The notes beneath the pieces were generated by a model. It made no database searches. It saw only the letters and a list, made by a program, of their open reading frames with translations, and was not told the origin of the DNA. A stretch of 53,776 bases of DNA, counting the filler, from Stramenopiles sp. TOSAG23-3 (lineage: Eukaryota), in NCBI GenBank assembly GCA_900128585.1. It is 4 parts of 4 records of this genome, joined end to end, with 100 filler letters (N's around TTAATTAATTAA, not from the genome) between each part and the next. Parts side by side here need not be neighbours in the genome. Positions count along the whole stretch, not along the records: positions 1 to 13,405 come from LT642628.1; 3 more parts are not named here. One strand, written 5' to 3'. Position numbers and translations under genes: made by a program. This document shows, in pieces, positions 1-11,900 of this stretch (position 1 is the stretch's first letter; every line of letters begins with the position of its first letter).

Positions 1-4
1 AGGC

Positions 5-3000
5 GTGGTCAAAATTGCTACGGAAGAATGGCGGGATATTGCAGAGTTTGCGGACATGATGACCCCTGAGCTTGCTGGTGCCGCACGAAACAAAGAGCAG
101 GCCGAACAAGCATTGACAAGCGTGCTGTTGAGCGCGGAGAAAACAGCGGTCAAGAACAACTTGACGCTGGAATATGTACGGAGTATTCAGCACAGCCGAA
201 TGACCATGGTCGAGTCGCGGGTTCTTGACAATATTCGCGCGGCAGAAGAAGTTTTGCAGAAAAGCCGGGGGCTGATAGAGATGAAGAAGTTCGCCCTTTC
301 GAATTTGCAGCATGTTGGGTCACTTGTCTCGGTGGCAGAGAACGCAGTAAGAATCTTGAAAAAGAATAGCCAGGTTGCCAGCAGCAGCGACGAGGAGTAC
401 AGCGACGGAGAGATGGGCAGTGGGAGCGGCGACGACGGTGGCAAAGTGTGCATAGACGGGAACAACGACTTGAAGCAACTGGACAAGCCATCCAAACACG
501 AGCGCGGTGAAATCGAAATGATGACTGCCATACAGCTTCGGGCAGAGAGAAATTTAAGGCAGGCGTTCAGTGCCCTGACCGCTCTCGAGAAGGACTACCA
601 GTATGCCAAATCCTTCTTGGTCTTTGACACAGATCGTTCCAAAGCCACGATGGAACACGTAGCGAAAGCAATCGAAAAGGCAGAGGCGGCAATTGCAATC
701 GCGGAGTGGCGACACGAACGACTCCGAGGCGTGGCCCCGCCAAAATTTTTGAACGCAGTCGACCAAGCTGTAAGTCAAGTGGAAAAGTTGGAATCTTTCA
801 TGGAAGTCATGTACCGGGTAAATCGTGACGACGAAATGCGTTCGCGCGAGAAATCGGCTCTTCTCGCCGAGGATTTTGAGACGGGACAATTTAGGGAAGA
901 TGAAGAGTACTACGAGCAAAACGAACGAAAGAAACTTCGCGGGCTAGTGCCCTCACTGTTCGCCAGAGAGAAAAGGATAGAGCAGCGATCCAGGGTCGCA
1001 GGCGGGTCTACCGCAGAGGAAGTGAAAAATGAGAGGCCCCTCCTGACGGTGCAAGCTCTTGGGCACCCAATTCGTGTCACCGGCGGCGGGGCAGAGGATG
1101 CCGCGTCTTTCTTTGACGAAGAAGAGCGTGTCTCGTGCGAGCAGAAGAAAAATCTACTGGAAGAGGCAGAACGGGCCCATCGTGTGATCCAACTTCGGGT
1201 AGAGGCAGAGGACAAGCGGCGGGCGGACAAACAAACAGATAGAGAACAGGCGAAGGCCCGGAAGAGCCAGGAAATTGTCGAGGGGAAGCTACAACAAGAG
1301 CGGGTGCGGAAACGAAAAGCCATCGTTTTCCATCGCGCGCAAGGAAATTGGATCCGCATGAAAGATACAATAATGCAACAACTCAGGTTAACTTGGAAGC
1401 GTCTGCAAAGGGCAAGGCAAACGATTGTGCGCCAGAAAAGAGATCGGGATGGAATGACAAACGAGGACAGCATTGCAAGAAGGATGCGCGCCGTCCAAAA
1501 TGCAACGAGCAGCATGATCGAGGCCAGCATTGATTCCGTGTGGCAAAGCCAAGGCGAGCACTTAGACAGAGAAACCGCGCTTGCGGTTGCGCTGCGCACT
1601 ATTCAACGTGACATGGCACTCGAAGAATCGGAAGAGAACGGCGATGTTCTGACGCTCGGGGTACTGGATTGTACCGACTTCGCGTCGGAGCGAATATCGC
1701 CCCGTCAGGGGGAGAAGCATGTGTACCCAGAGATAATGCTTGCCAAGTCGCTCGACGACACCTTGCAGAGAATGATTGAAAACGCACCGCAGGCGGACCA
1801 AGTAGGTATACGGAGGATTCGATTGATTCCCTTTCGATGCAATCAGGGTGAAATACCCACACGCCCACAACGGAAACGTTTTCACGGATTTGTGTTGACC
1901 TCTGCGCTGGCGCCGTCCACCCCGTACAATTACAGTGGTTTGAACCAAGGGAATCCTCGGCCACCCCGTTGGCAGACAGCGCTGAAAGCGTTTCTGCGGG
2001 ATATCATCGGCGAAAAAAGGCGTCTCTTGGCAATTGGTGGCGGGCACCTCTTTCTTGCCTCGGCGTTTCCGGGGCATAGAATTGTCCCGTACGCCCGCAA
2101 ACCTCCGCTGAATCTGAATTCATCCTTGACCCCCCCGACGCGCGCGGAAACGTTGGAACGGGCGTGGCAGTGCGGGAATATTCAGGCGACTGCGGTTAAC
2201 GCAGACGTGCCGGTGCTGTTTCAGCGATATTTGGAAGGGGGCGAACTTGTGTTGCCGTTTGCACGCGATGCAATCCTGGCAGAAGTTCCGGATAATTTCA
2301 AGACGCTTTTGGTTGCAGGAGCGCAAGGGAGCGCTGAAGGCTTGCTGCCGAGTATCGACTGTATGTATTACAAAACAAACGTGCTGTCGTACCAGAGCAT
2401 TCCACACATACCCCCTACTCTCATACGGCACCGGTTGAATGAAATATCCATGGAACTCCAAAGCCAAACCAAAGTTGAAGGTACGCTACCAAATGTGCCC
2501 ACCCGCACACAGTTGCAAAAGCCGTGTAATAAAGACCTGCTTGTCGAGATGGCGCTGGCATTTTTCGCGCTGGGGATACCCAAATCGGCGAACGCCCAAG
2601 CCCCGTCGTCCCCGGATTTGATGACAAAATCAGAGCTTACGTCCCAAAAGGCGGCCGTAATGGCACGGAAAATTCTAATCGAGGCGACAAAACGTGTGGT
2701 TAGTTATGTCAGCCCCTCCAAACAACATCCGGCCATGTCCCCTGAGAGAGCGATCGAGGACATGGATGATGAAACACTAATCACCGACGAAGCTTCCAGC
2801 GAGCCTGAAACGAAGGAGAGCACCTCGCCGTTGCGGATTGCGCAAATGCTGAGTAACCATCTTCCCGAGAACCCGCACCCTGTCTTCCGCCACTATACAA
2901 GCGTGCCCAAGGTTATCGCATGCGGCCATACTGCCAAAGAAACGCAAGATGACCTATTGTCTCCCCGTCAAAATAGCAAAGGGCGGTCTTGCGATGCTGT

Positions 3001-4513
3001 TGTTATCGGTATTGTACCCTCTAGTGATGGGACATTGATGGTGCTGCCTTCGCCTCTTATCTCCCGGTTCACAAACTTTGACTCCGTTTACTCCACGGTA
3101 GACGACTCGCTGGACAATATTCTGAGGAACAGAAAAGACAGTGCGGCAAACAGATTTTTGTCAAAATTCAGTCTCGTTGACCCAGGGAATTTCTGGCTTA
3201 ACCAGGCTGCAGAGCACGAAGTTGACTCCGCGACGGACGGGCTAAATCGAAGACACCTGTGGGTACACGACCTACCGACGTCTAAGCTTAAGACGTTGAA
3301 GGCATGCCGCCCAGATCATTGGAAACGGATGGAAGGGCAGATAGTCAACATTGCCAAGCCGTCCGAAGTATGCACCCTGCAAGAGTACTTGGAGAAGCTG
3401 GTCAGAATGAAACGAATTTCTTCATCAGAAACTGATTTGTGGGTGGTTCCCATCGGCGCGGAAGCCTATCGTGATATTCGGCTTGACGTCGCCGCACTGT
3501 TGGCGGAGCAAGCATATTCCGTGACCGAGAAACATAACATTCATACCACAATTGCAACGTTTGATGCGAAGGTTATTAAAGAGATGAGGCGCACCTGTGT
3601 GCGTTGGAAGTTTATCCAGATATTAAACAACAAATCACTCGAAACGCATGGGATTCGGCCTGGTGCAAACCCCAACATCTTGAGAGTCTTTATGCGGAAA
3701 ATTTCGCTCTACGCCGACGGTATATGCGTGCGCAAAGAGATGTTAATCCGAAGACCTGGCAAAGAGCCACCGAGAAAGATTATACAGATCAAGAATTTAA
3801 AAGCCGCTGTGCAGCAAATGCCCCACCTGATAGCATGCGCCCGGGCGGCGAGTTTGTCCGTTTTTTCCCATTGCTTTTCGTCTGATCAGGCCTCCCTCCA
3901 CCCGTGCTACAAAGGGTCCCCTTCCGAAGAGTATGCCCGTTTTTTTGCGCTTGGTGTTGACGGGCTAATAACACAACACGCCACGATGGCAGCCCGCGCT
4001 CGTAACTTGCATTGCAACAGGGTAAATATGCTGTCCAATGTAAAGCCAGTTGAGAGTCCCCGAGAAACCCTTCAGCAGCACAGGAAAAATAGAGAAAACT
4101 TAAGGAAGCTTGAGAAACAACGCAGTCGCAAACGTGAAGTTCCAGCGAACATCTGGGATCGGGCGGTCGAGTACGCTGAAAAACAACAACGGGATGAGGC
4201 GCAAATGCCGCTTATGAGGATCCCGCAATCGTGCCTTCCCCGGCCTCGAAAATCTCGAATTTCTGACCAAAAGAAGTTTGGGACCCCACGCCCTCCAACG
4301 ACCGCAGCGCCTAAATTTCGGCCCATGAGTACAAATGCGGGGAAGCGCAATACAAACGTTTATCGTCGAGGCATTGCCCGCATTTCTAAAAGAAACGAAA
4401 TGCACAAAAGGCCAAGGCAAACACACTTTTCTTCTGGCGTTCCAAGTGTACCGAAAGGCGTAATCAAAGACACGTACACAATTTGGACCGAACTGGCGGG
4501 TGAAAACATGTAA
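5..4513 (+). CDS. Large protein, 5'-truncated: coiled coils + degenerate class I glutamine amidotransferase-like domain + degenerate glycerophosphodiester phosphodiesterase (GDPD)-like domain
   Basis: 1502-aa ORF open from the window edge. GATase-like motifs at about 1645-2575 (LGVLDC, FHGFVLTSA, LAIGGGHL, SYQSIPH). GDPD-like motifs at about 2903-4000 (PKVIAC, SSDGTLMVL, DLPTSKLKTL, YADGI, YARFFALGVDGLIT). Confidence 0.75.
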   Translation: MVKIATEEWRDIAEFADMMTPELAGAARNKEQAEQALTSVLLSAEKTAVKNNLTLEYVRSIQHSRMTMVESRVLDNIRAAEEVLQKSRGLIEMKKFALSNLQHVGSLVSVAENAVRILKKNSQVASSSDEEYSDGEMGSGSGDDGGKVCIDGNNDLKQLDKPSKHERGEIEMMTAIQLRAERNLRQAFSALTALEKDYQYAKSFLVFDTDRSKATMEHVAKAIEKAEAAIAIAEWRHERLRGVAPPKFLNAVDQAVSQVEKLESFMEVMYRVNRDDEMRSREKSALLAEDFETGQFREDEEYYEQNERKKLRGLVPSLFAREKRIEQRSRVAGGSTAEEVKNERPLLTVQALGHPIRVTGGGAEDAASFFDEEERVSCEQKKNLLEEAERAHRVIQLRVEAEDKRRADKQTDREQAKARKSQEIVEGKLQQERVRKRKAIVFHRAQGNWIRMKDTIMQQLRLTWKRLQRARQTIVRQKRDRDGMTNEDSIARRMRAVQNATSSMIEASIDSVWQSQGEHLDRETALAVALRTIQRDMALEESEENGDVLTLGVLDCTDFASERISPRQGEKHVYPEIMLAKSLDDTLQRMIENAPQADQVGIRRIRLIPFRCNQGEIPTRPQRKRFHGFVLTSALAPSTPYNYSGLNQGNPRPPRWQTALKAFLRDIIGEKRRLLAIGGGHLFLASAFPGHRIVPYARKPPLNLNSSLTPPTRAETLERAWQCGNIQATAVNADVPVLFQRYLEGGELVLPFARDAILAEVPDNFKTLLVAGAQGSAEGLLPSIDCMYYKTNVLSYQSIPHIPPTLIRHRLNEISMELQSQTKVEGTLPNVPTRTQLQKPCNKDLLVEMALAFFALGIPKSANAQAPSSPDLMTKSELTSQKAAVMARKILIEATKRVVSYVSPSKQHPAMSPERAIEDMDDETLITDEASSEPETKESTSPLRIAQMLSNHLPENPHPVFRHYTSVPKVIACGHTAKETQDDLLSPRQNSKGRSCDAVVIGIVPSSDGTLMVLPSPLISRFTNFDSVYSTVDDSLDNILRNRKDSAANRFLSKFSLVDPGNFWLNQAAEHEVDSATDGLNRRHLWVHDLPTSKLKTLKACRPDHWKRMEGQIVNIAKPSEVCTLQEYLEKLVRMKRISSSETDLWVVPIGAEAYRDIRLDVAALLAEQAYSVTEKHNIHTTIATFDAKVIKEMRRTCVRWKFIQILNNKSLETHGIRPGANPNILRVFMRKISLYADGICVRKEMLIRRPGKEPPRKIIQIKNLKAAVQQMPHLIACARAASLSVFSHCFSSDQASLHPCYKGSPSEEYARFFALGVDGLITQHATMAARARNLHCNRVNMLSNVKPVESPRETLQQHRKNRENLRKLEKQRSRKREVPANIWDRAVEYAEKQQRDEAQMPLMRIPQSCLPRPRKSRISDQKKFGTPRPPTTAAPKFRPMSTNAGKRNTNVYRRGIARISKRNEMHKRPRQTHFSSGVPSVPKGVIKDTYTIWTELAGENM

Positions 4514-5021
4514 ATATAAGAGTAAAAAAAACAAATTTTATGAAACCAACGGCAGTTAATATTTAATAGCAACAAAAAGCCAAAGGGGCTTTATTTAATA
4601 AAATTATTTAAAAACAATCAACCCTATTATTATTAACTATAATATATTATAGTTTAATAAAAAGACGAATGAACTGCGCTGAAGTTGTTCTCCTTTCTTT
4701 CTTTTTTTTTGACTCCAACGGCATCTTATCTTTTTCACCACTGTAGTATTAATATTCAAAAGACAATACACGACGTAGTTGTGTAGAAATGATTCAAATC
4801 ATCTATTATCAACGCACGTGATAAACTTTCTTTCTTTTAACTCTCAGGTATTTGTTAACCAATTTGATCCTTTGTTTCGTATCATCACATTTGAGGGACT
4901 ACGTTTTTATACTCCATTTGAGCATTTTGTGTGTTTTCTTTTCTTTCTTTTCATTGGAAGGTAGAACGCTTACTTATTGTTCTACATTGGAGGAATATTA
5001 TTCAGTCTTGTAGTAAATATC

Positions 5022-7829
5022 ATGAGCCAATTTCAAATTGAAGACCGTGTCCTTTGCTACGGTAAACTTGCAGGGACCGTGCGGTTCATTGGCTCCACTG
5101 AGTTTGCAGATGGTACATGGGTAGGCATTGAGCTTGACCGCGGGAAGGGGAAAACGAACGGAACTGTAGACGACATGACATATTTTCAGTGCGAGGAAAA
5201 CCATGGTGCATTTCTTCGTGAAAACGTTTTGACCCCATACGACGAGCGTGAGCACGCTGCCAACTCGATCCAGACTGTCCTTTACCGTGGAAGAAAAGGC
5301 CGCAAGAAGGCGCGCTCCATGCGCAATGCCAGGGCATGGAATATTGTAGATAATAATTTTGAAGATTTACATGTAAGGAAGGGGAAGCTAATTATGGACG
5401 CATCCAACAAGTTAGCGCAGTCGCTTGGCGGGGACGGTCCATTGGGAGAAAAAAGGCGCCGCCGGTCGACTATTTTGCTCTCTAGAAACGTGAAAGACCT
5501 GGACTCTATTTTCGTCGAAAAAACGTACAAAGGCGTTCACGTTACATTCCCGCTTCAGCTGGAAACGGTACTCAAACTGTTGGAGCAGTTCAAAGCCGGG
5601 GTTCCGTTGCACTTTAAGTACGTAGCAAATTTGGTGGAGAATTTTCGCTCCTCGTCCGGCAAGGCTCCTACCGTGCAGCACATACCGGCAACTGAGAACA
5701 GTACGTTAACCGTCATTGGCGATCTTCATGGCCAGCTGCAAGACTTGTACACCATCTTTACTATTAACGGACTGCCCAGTGAATCCAATAGGTACCTCTT
5801 CAACGGCGATTTCGTGGATCGAGGCGAATGTGGGTGCGAAGTAGCGCTGATCATATTCTGCTTCAAGCTCCTCTACCCGGACGGCGTGTTTATTAATCGT
5901 GGGAATCATGAAGCTCGGGCGCAAAATAGCTGGATGGGGTTTGAGGAAGAAATCTTTGGCAAATATTATTCAGAGGACGACGAATCGCGCGCGCGCTCCC
6001 TGTACAACATGTTTCAGCATTGTTTCGACAACCTATCGCTGGCCTCAGTTATCGCTGAGAAAGTGTTTGTTGTTCATGGCGGACTGTTCCATGCTGACGG
6101 CATCACGTTGAAGCAACTGGGAGCCATTCGACGGAAACGCGAGCCCCCGATGGGCGGGGGCGGGGCATGCTTGGAAGATAGAATTTTTGAAGATTTGCTT
6201 TGGAGCGACCCGCGCCCTAGCCAGAATTATCCTGAAAAAATCACAGGGCGCGTGAAATCGGCCCGTGGTGCTGGCGTTGAATTCGGGCCCGACGTCACGG
6301 CGAAGTTCTGTGCCGAGAACAACATTGCCCTCGTAGTCCGGTCACATGAGTGCGTCCAAGAAGGGTTTGAAGTCCAGCACGATGGACGCCTGATCACGGT
6401 GTTCAGCGCGTCCCGGTACTGCGGGAAGCAGACCAACAAGGGCGCCTTCATTACTTTTGGGGCGGACATGCAGCCAGAAATTCAACAGTATTACGCGCAC
6501 TCGCTGGAAAGCAACGATTTTGGTGGGGACAGGAACCACGTGCGCGAGGCGGTTCTGGAGCAAGATTTAGTTCGAATGATCATAGAAATCATTTGCGATA
6601 GGAAAGCAGACCTGTACTGGTATTTCACCCAGCACGACAGTGATAGCTCTGGCTTCTGCAGCCGCTCGCAGTGGGCGGAGACGTTAAAGAACGTTCTTGG
6701 TCTAGACTTACCGTACCTTTCGCTGCAGCACCTGATCTGCAACCTGGACACGTCGAACGGGATGGTGAACTATTCGGAGTTTCTGGAGCGGTACCGCATG
6801 CAAATGAGTGGTGGGGGAAAGTGGATCGATACTGTCGTGCAAGGGATATGCCAAAAGTTATACCATATTTGCAGCGACGTCGAAGATGCATTTGGGTTCT
6901 TTGACGTAGATGACAATGGTAAAATTGAATACGATGAATTTTTGAAAGCATTTCAGGCTTTAAACGTTGGTCTAACGGACAAGCAATCGTTTGAGATAAT
7001 GCGAAGCATTGATACCGACAACAACGGGTATATTGGGTTGGAAGAGTTTTGCAACCGGTTCAAAATCGCGTTCGACCGTGTGCGAATCACGAAAGAGGGC
7101 GAAGAACTTGGGCGTAATGTTGGCCAAGACGCTCACCCAGAGCTCTCTGAAGTTTACGAATCGAAAAGTGATAGCCCGGTGCGGAACAAGCCCAGGCGCT
7201 CCAGCGTTCACGACGACAGCTGGGTACAGCGAAAACTCCACGAGATTGGCCACTTGATGTTCAAGAAGGCAGAGAGGCTCGACTTAGCGTTTGCAAAGTA
7301 CGATGCCAACGGCGAAGGCAGCATCAACCGTGAAGAGTTTTCTTCGGCCTTGGCCGATCTAGGCCTGCAATTTCAGGAGGAAGACGTGTTGCGAATTTTT
7401 GCGACCGTGGATCAGGCGAATTCCAACTCAATTAGCTATTTAGAGTTTGTGAATGCGTTCAAGATAGACGATTTGGGGCTGACCAATGGGGACGCATCGA
7501 GGACGAATTGGCAAGACAGTGTAATTCAAATGGTGGCCAACACCCTGTTCCAACACCGCGTCCAGCTCCGAAGCGCATTGCGGATATTTGACATGCAGCA
7601 CACGGGGAAAATTACCGGCGAAGAGTTCCGACAGGCCCTGATGATAATAAACCCGTGCATACCCCAGCCATTGTCTCAAGTCCAGGTTGATAGTTTACAA
7701 CGTGCACTGCAAAGCCCGGAAGATGGGTTGGTTGATTACAAGGAGTTTTTGGAGAGTTTTGAAATCGTTGACGTAGCTTGGGGTGGTGTAATGCCATCAA
7801 CCGCTGCCTCGCCTAACAGGAAAAAGTAA
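5022..7829 (+). CDS. PPEF: CAP-Gly + IQ-like + PPP Ser/Thr phosphatase with EF-hands (PPEF/rdgC type)
   Basis: CAP-Gly (GTVRFIG...WVGIELD..GKTNGTV..YFQC). PPP motifs GDLHGQ, GDFVDRG, RGNHE, HGG, LLWSDP, RSHE, TVFSASRY. Several C-terminal EF-hands (DVDDNGKIEYDEF, DTDNNGYIGLEEF). First ATG at 5022. Confidence 0.9.
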   Translation: MSQFQIEDRVLCYGKLAGTVRFIGSTEFADGTWVGIELDRGKGKTNGTVDDMTYFQCEENHGAFLRENVLTPYDEREHAANSIQTVLYRGRKGRKKARSMRNARAWNIVDNNFEDLHVRKGKLIMDASNKLAQSLGGDGPLGEKRRRRSTILLSRNVKDLDSIFVEKTYKGVHVTFPLQLETVLKLLEQFKAGVPLHFKYVANLVENFRSSSGKAPTVQHIPATENSTLTVIGDLHGQLQDLYTIFTINGLPSESNRYLFNGDFVDRGECGCEVALIIFCFKLLYPDGVFINRGNHEARAQNSWMGFEEEIFGKYYSEDDESRARSLYNMFQHCFDNLSLASVIAEKVFVVHGGLFHADGITLKQLGAIRRKREPPMGGGGACLEDRIFEDLLWSDPRPSQNYPEKITGRVKSARGAGVEFGPDVTAKFCAENNIALVVRSHECVQEGFEVQHDGRLITVFSASRYCGKQTNKGAFITFGADMQPEIQQYYAHSLESNDFGGDRNHVREAVLEQDLVRMIIEIICDRKADLYWYFTQHDSDSSGFCSRSQWAETLKNVLGLDLPYLSLQHLICNLDTSNGMVNYSEFLERYRMQMSGGGKWIDTVVQGICQKLYHICSDVEDAFGFFDVDDNGKIEYDEFLKAFQALNVGLTDKQSFEIMRSIDTDNNGYIGLEEFCNRFKIAFDRVRITKEGEELGRNVGQDAHPELSEVYESKSDSPVRNKPRRSSVHDDSWVQRKLHEIGHLMFKKAERLDLAFAKYDANGEGSINREEFSSALADLGLQFQEEDVLRIFATVDQANSNSISYLEFVNAFKIDDLGLTNGDASRTNWQDSVIQMVANTLFQHRVQLRSALRIFDMQHTGKITGEEFRQALMIINPCIPQPLSQVQVDSLQRALQSPEDGLVDYKEFLESFEIVDVAWGGVMPSTAASPNRKK

Positions 7830-8974
7830 AAGAACGAAAACGTGCGTTTCGAAACTATCTTTATCTCGATTAGTTAAAAGTGTATATCTTGTCTGTTTAC
7901 ATTTTTTTCGTAATCGATGATACTTTGTTCCCCTTTTTAAGTTTCATTTTACCTCTTCTCCTCTTCAACACTATATGTTTTGCATCCTTAAGGTCATCCG
8001 CATCTAACAGGAAAGAAAGTATTCAAATCCTAGTTTTATACAATGGTATTACAGACAAATAAAAAAGGATCCAAACACAGTATTCGATGCTGTACTAATA
8101 TTATATATTTACAAGAGTGTATTATAGTAATCACTCTTATGTTTCTAAACGTAAGGATATCTTATTATATCTTTTATGTCATAAAATTATAAACTTCATA
8201 TGATAATTCATTTCCTGTTAAAATTATAAAGAAAGAAATTTTTTTATTTATTCAAATACTGGTAATAAATCGATCATAAATCATCGATCATCGATCATCC
8301 ATCATCAAATTTGAAATCAACAAATATTTTATACTTAACCTTGTGTCCATGTTATTATTATTTATAAATTTAACGGCCGATCGATTATAAAAAAAATTGA
8401 AAGAAGATGATTTTATATCCTATTAAAAGCTTTTTTTTTATACTGTCCTCGTAGATAGTATAATAATGGAATACATGAAAAAATCCCTTTAACACAACTA
8501 CTTTAGATTAGATATTTATATACTATACATATGTTATATAAATTAATACCCTAAGATATTTAAGGAGTTTTAAAAATAGAATTCATCATATCTATATTTT
8601 ATGTGGTGATTCCATTACTTTGCTAAATACACACTAAAATTATACCATATGCTCTGTCTATATATATAAATAATTAAATAAAAAAATTTGTTGTTTTTTT
8701 CTTCTATCTTCTTCTTTGCGAAAATTTTATTATTAAGAAGAAGAGAAGAAGATGACACAAACAGTGCTGAGAGCTGAGAGAGCTGAGAAAAAAAGGAAGA
8801 GAAGAAACACTTCAATCCACAAACTCACGCACGCACGAAAAATATTTTATAGTAATATTTTAACGAAAGAATAAAGAACGGAAAAAGGTACGTTTGATGC
8901 AAAAGTTGATTCATGCATTTTTTAATATTGACAAAAATTGAACCATCGAAACAACCATTAAATAGTATAACAAT

Positions 8975-11900
8975 ATGATCGACGTGTCATCCTCACAAGT
9001 GTTGCAAAAGGCGTTCAACCTTGCCTCGAAAAAGTTCAAAAAGAACGTGACCTTGACGGACCTGACGAAAATATGGAAAGCGGTTGGCCAGGTCGTGGAC
9101 GATGAAATGTCCTCAAAGAGGGGGATACAAATTCCCAAGTTTGGAACTTTCACCTTTAACGCGGCAGGGAAGCCGATCTTTATCATCTCCGATATATTCT
9201 CAAGGAACTCGCGGTCCAAACAGACGAAAGTCTCGCTGGCAGGCTCTCGCCCGAAAGTAAAAATTAACATATCGAAGCTGGCTCTACTGACTTCCTATCC
9301 CAAGCGAATGATAGAGGACGCCATCGCCGCGGTGGTGAAGGCGTACGCCGAAGTCGTGAACAAAGGCCGAGGAGCCAGTGTCCGGCTGGGATTTCACCCT
9401 GTCGCAGAAATTACGTGCACCGACATGGACGTGCGCGTTGCTTACCTTACCGACTTTTTGGCCAGGCAGGGTGCGTCCAAACTTAACCCGCGGACACTTG
9501 CGCGGCTGGGAACGCAGCCCGCCCTTAGCACGTTTGCAAGGGACGTCATGAAGGGGGCTGCGGCCGTCGAAAGCTCCCGGGCATCGTCTACCCCTCGAAG
9601 CGTGCGGGAAACTTTTTCCCGCACCGAGTCCGTGCGAAGCCTGGTCAGCCCGGCAAGCAGCCGAGCCTCCTACCGCACCCCCACCCGCGCGGGGAACGGG
9701 AGCAGCAAAAACCCCGTCGTCGGCAGTCGTGCGACGCCTACAAGGTCCGGCACCCGAACGTCTGGTCGGATGACCAAAAAGCCCGGGTCAAACCGCTCTG
9801 GCCGATACAGCGTCGCCGGGTCCCCGGCGAAGCGCAGCGTCGGCACCCCGAGAAGTGGCCAAAACGCGGCATTGAGCGCCCACGGGAAAGGGATTGTTGA
9901 AAAGGTGAAGGAGACCATTATTCGCCGCGGGGGATCGCACGGCATCCATGCCATATCCCGGGTCCTAAAAATAATGGACGACAGCGGGGACAAAAAGCTT
10001 AGCCGCGACGAGCTGAAGTATGGCCTTCGAGATTACGGGATTGACTTGAACAACAAGCAGCTCTCTGCCGTGGTCGCGTACTTTGACAAAAACGGCGACG
10101 GGACGGTTGACCTGGACGAGTTCATAATTGGCCTGGCCCCTCCCATGGACGAACGTCGGTTGAAACTGGTGAACGCTGCGTACGATCTGCTGGACAGAAA
10201 CGGGGACGGGCGAGTCACCATTGAAGACATGAAAATGAACTATGACCCTTCCCACCACGAGGACGTCAAGTCCGGGAAGATAAAATCAGACGAGTGGCTT
10301 TTGCAGTACCTGGCCGAGTTTGAAACCATCGAAAAGGACGGCATCGTGACCCGGGAAGAGTTCACGCAGTATTACCAAAACCTGAGTGCGTCCATTGACA
10401 ACGCGGATTTCTTTGAGCTAATGATGCGGAACGCTTGGCACATGAGTGGGGGGTCTGGATGGTGCGCGAATACGACCAATCGCCGCGTGGTCGTTACTGG
10501 AAAAGACGGGAAGCAAACCATAAAAGAGTTGAAGAACGACCTCTGGATCCGCAAAGATGATGAGGCCGCGATTCGGAAAAACCTGGAAGACCAAGGCGTG
10601 GACGTTTCGAAAGTTGAGCTGTACGCAAAGATGGATGACGACCAGGCCTTTGGGAAGAAGAACGACCAGTTCAAAAGCAAACGGGCCCGGCCGACCGCTG
10701 CAAAAGGCAGGTCCCGGTCTAGGCCGAGTAATGACGCGCCAAGAGCTCCGCAAGCCGCCGCGAAAAGACTGGCATCCGCGCCGCCGCCGCCGCCAGAGGA
10801 CGACGACTGGCAACGCCTTCGTCGCATTTTGTACACGCCGCCTATCAATTTGCCAGGGCTGATGCAGAAGCTGGAAGTGAACATGTCCTGTGGAAGCGAC
10901 AAAATTTTTAAGTCCACTTTCGCCATGAGGCTAAAATATTTGGACCGAAAAATAAGCCCGAAACTGTCGCGGCAATTGGCCGAGACGGCGGCTCTTGGCC
11001 AGAAGGAAGTTGATGTGAGCGATCTGCACGACCATATGGTCAACCGGTTCGGAACCCGGGGCGCCGGAACTGCGGGAAAGGCCAGTGCCACGGGAGGGTG
11101 CAAGCCGGTTGGGAGCTCTTCAAACATTGTCGATAAAGTTAGAAAGAAAATCATTGCAAGGGCCGGCGGCCACGCCATTCACTCCCTCTACCGCGTTTTG
11201 AAAATCATGGACGACGACGGGAACAAGAAGTTGTCGAAAGACGAGCTCAAGTTTGGTCTGAAAGACTATGGTGTGGAATTAACGTCGACGGAATTGGACA
11301 ACTGCATGACGACTTTCGACCAGGATAGAGACGGGACCGTAAGCTTCGATGAGTTTGTTCTCGCCATGGCGCCTCCCATGAACGAAAGAAGGCTGAAATT
11401 TGTGAACTTGGCGTTTGACATGCTTGATCGCAACGGGGATGGCACGTGCACGTTGGACGATCTGAAGTACAATTACGACGCGGAGCACCATCCTTCGGTC
11501 AAGACGGGGAAGGTAAAGTCGGACGAATATTTGGCTGAATTTTTGTCCCAGTTCGATACCATTGAGAAAGATGGCATTGTCACGAGAGAAGAGTTCCATC
11601 AATATTACCAAAACTTGGCCGCCTCCATAGACGGGGATGACTACTTTGAACTGATGATGCGCAACGCGTGGCACATTAGCGGCGGAACGGGGTGGTGCGC
11701 CAACACGACCAACCGTCGAGTGTTAGTGACGGGTAAGGATGGCAAACAGAGCACCCAAGAAGTAAAGAACGATTTGTTCATTAGAAAGGACGACGAGGAT
11801 GCTATGAAGACGAATTTGAAGGACCAGGGCTTAGATGTTGAAAAGATGGATTTGTACGCCGAGATGGAGGAGGACAATGCGTTTGGTGGAAAGAAGGACG

